From positions 1 to 44,447 of the IMG/VR virus record IMGVR_UViG_3300002461_000295: a stretch of DNA of 44,447 bases, one strand, 5' to 3'. Shown here one piece after another: positions 43,808 to 44,447 of the stretch (positions are counted from its first letter, which is position 1; every line of letters starts with the position of its first letter). The translations under genes were made by a program, and so were the position numbers. Below the pieces are notes generated by a model. It did not search any database, was not told the origin of the DNA, and worked only from the letters and a program-made list of their open reading frames with translations. The DNA is from a virus.

Positions 43808-44257
43808 TCAGACCGAGCGAACCGGCCCGGACTGATCAGTCACTTCGCGCACGCCGAAGAAAGCACGCTGTCCAGGTGGATTGCGCGACAGCCCGCCGTC
43901 TTCGTGCGCGAACAGCAGCGTGCCCGGCACCTTGATTTGCGGCTTCTTCACCTTGACGGAAGGCACCACGACATGCGCGCCGTTCGCCAGCACGATATCG
44001 AGCGTGATCGTGAGCTGTCCCTTGGACACGCCCTTGTTCACATAGCCGTGCGCTTCCATCGCGCGGATCAGCTCGCGCATTTCGCCCGAGGCGTCCGCGT
44101 CGAATTGCCCGTCATTCAGCAGGCGCAGCGTGTCCGCGATCGTCACCGCCTTGCGCGGCATGGGCAGACCATCGGCGGCGGTCTCGACCTTGGACGCGTC
44201 GATCGTGCGACCAACTTCCCCGGTTTCAGGATCAAAAGTTTCAGGCTTCATGTTCAT
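43808..44257 (-). CDS. Hypothetical early protein (149 aa)
   Basis: GAAAGGAAT SD upstream of ATG 44257. Protein-like sequence. It is the first ORF downstream of the right-edge repeat array on the minus strand. Confidence 0.75.
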   Translation of the reverse strand: MNMKPETFDPETGEVGRTIDASKVETAADGLPMPRKAVTIADTLRLLNDGQFDADASGEMRELIRAMEAHGYVNKGVSKGQLTITLDIVLANGAHVVVPSVKVKKPQIKVPGTLLFAHEDGGLSRNPPGQRAFFGVREVTDQSGPVRSV

Positions 44258-44320
44258 TCCTTTCGTGAGTAAATTCGATGATGTGATTGCGAAGCAATCG
44301 GATCGAGCAATTTACGGGGT

Positions 44321-44447
44321 TTACCCGGACCCGGACCCGTACCCGGACCCGTCCCCGTACCCGTACCCGTACCCGTCCCCGTACCCGTACCCGTCCCCGT
44401 ACCCGTACCCGTCCCCGTACCCGGACCCGGACCCGTACCCGGACCCG
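44321..44447 (-). CDS. Candidate 3' part of the (Gly-X)n repeat ORF, ending ...GSGYGSGSG and TAA at 44323-44321
   Basis: In the Ser/Tyr/Asp-Gly frame, the codon directly after the last repeat unit is TAA. The frame is in phase with the left-edge part if the ends are joined through the 22-nt identity. Confidence 0.3.
   Translation of the reverse strand, partial: GSGYGSGSGYGDGYGYGDGYGYGDGYGYGYGDGSGYGSGSG
44324..44447. repeat. Tandem hexamer array of 20 full units plus 4 nt of CCCG[G/T][A/C] (6x GGA, 10x GTA, 4x GTC), running into the right window edge
   Basis: Read directly. It contains three consecutive 18-nt super-units (GTA,GTA,GTC). The last 22 nt are identical to nt 1-22. Confidence 0.97.

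Noticed and set aside
44250-44447. Plus-strand reading of the hexamer array as a (Pro-Asp/Tyr/Ser)n protein. ATG 44250 gives MFIPFVSKFDDVIAKQSDRAIYGVY-PDPDPYPDPS..., with optimal CCG/GAC/TAC/TCC codons. If the ends are joined, the frame continues through nt 2-457.
   Set aside because: After the array the frame has no stop until 457. It would have to run fully antisense through gene 140..514, which has a good SD and a protein-like, apparently conserved product. The resulting C-terminal 110 aa are Cys/Arg-rich and not protein-like, there is no convincing SD, and it opposes the transcription direction of all neighbours. It remains a formal alternative that Ribo-seq could settle.
1-44447. tRNA genes, rRNA, integrase/att sites and toxin-antitoxin pairs.
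   Set aside because: Intergenic space is minimal, and by eye none of the gaps can hold a cloverleaf. No tyrosine or serine recombinase motifs were recognised. The small adjacent ORFs 554..766 and 751..984 were considered as a TA pair but show no recognisable toxin or antitoxin motifs.

Overview
The window reads as one complete or nearly complete GC-rich tailed-phage genome (podovirus-type), with no flanking host genes. Genes form two arms that diverge from an AT-rich control region at about nt 1860-1975. The plus arm (1975-8842, plus one isolated gene at 9418-9828) carries small early genes, a RecE-like exonuclease, an HNH-AP2 homing endonuclease and a RecT recombinase. The minus arm runs from 1854 to 140 and, if the molecule is circular, continues from 44257 down to 8769. 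In order it encodes early or replication-associated proteins (DUF2303-like, Ref/DUF968-like, DUF1376/YdaU-like), an HNH nuclease, TerS and TerL. These are followed by portal, scaffold, major capsid, a T7-type tail adaptor and nozzle, internal core proteins including one 3201-aa ORF, a tail fibre, and a lysis cassette (GH19 endolysin, holin, overlapped spanins). I saw no DNA polymerase, RNA polymerase, integrase, reverse transcriptase, tRNA or CRISPR array. The most unusual feature is at the window edges. Both ends are arrays of one degenerate hexamer, CCCG[G/T][A/C], with 21 units on the left and 20.7 on the right, so the minus strand has GGG every 6 nt. The last 22 nt equal the first 22 nt. 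On the minus strand the array sits inside an open frame with an ATG that overlaps the upstream stop and a TAA directly after the last unit. That frame would encode a (Gly-Ser/Tyr/Asp)n dipeptide-repeat protein across the junction. Other points worth a second look are the giant HExxH-bearing ejection-protein candidate, iteron-like repeats inside the DUF1376 gene, a lysis cassette interrupted by an opposite-strand Zn-ribbon gene, an apparently split nozzle gene, and a 394-aa protein with GHKL-type motifs in reversed order. All functional calls rest on motif-level reading and synteny. No database search was run.
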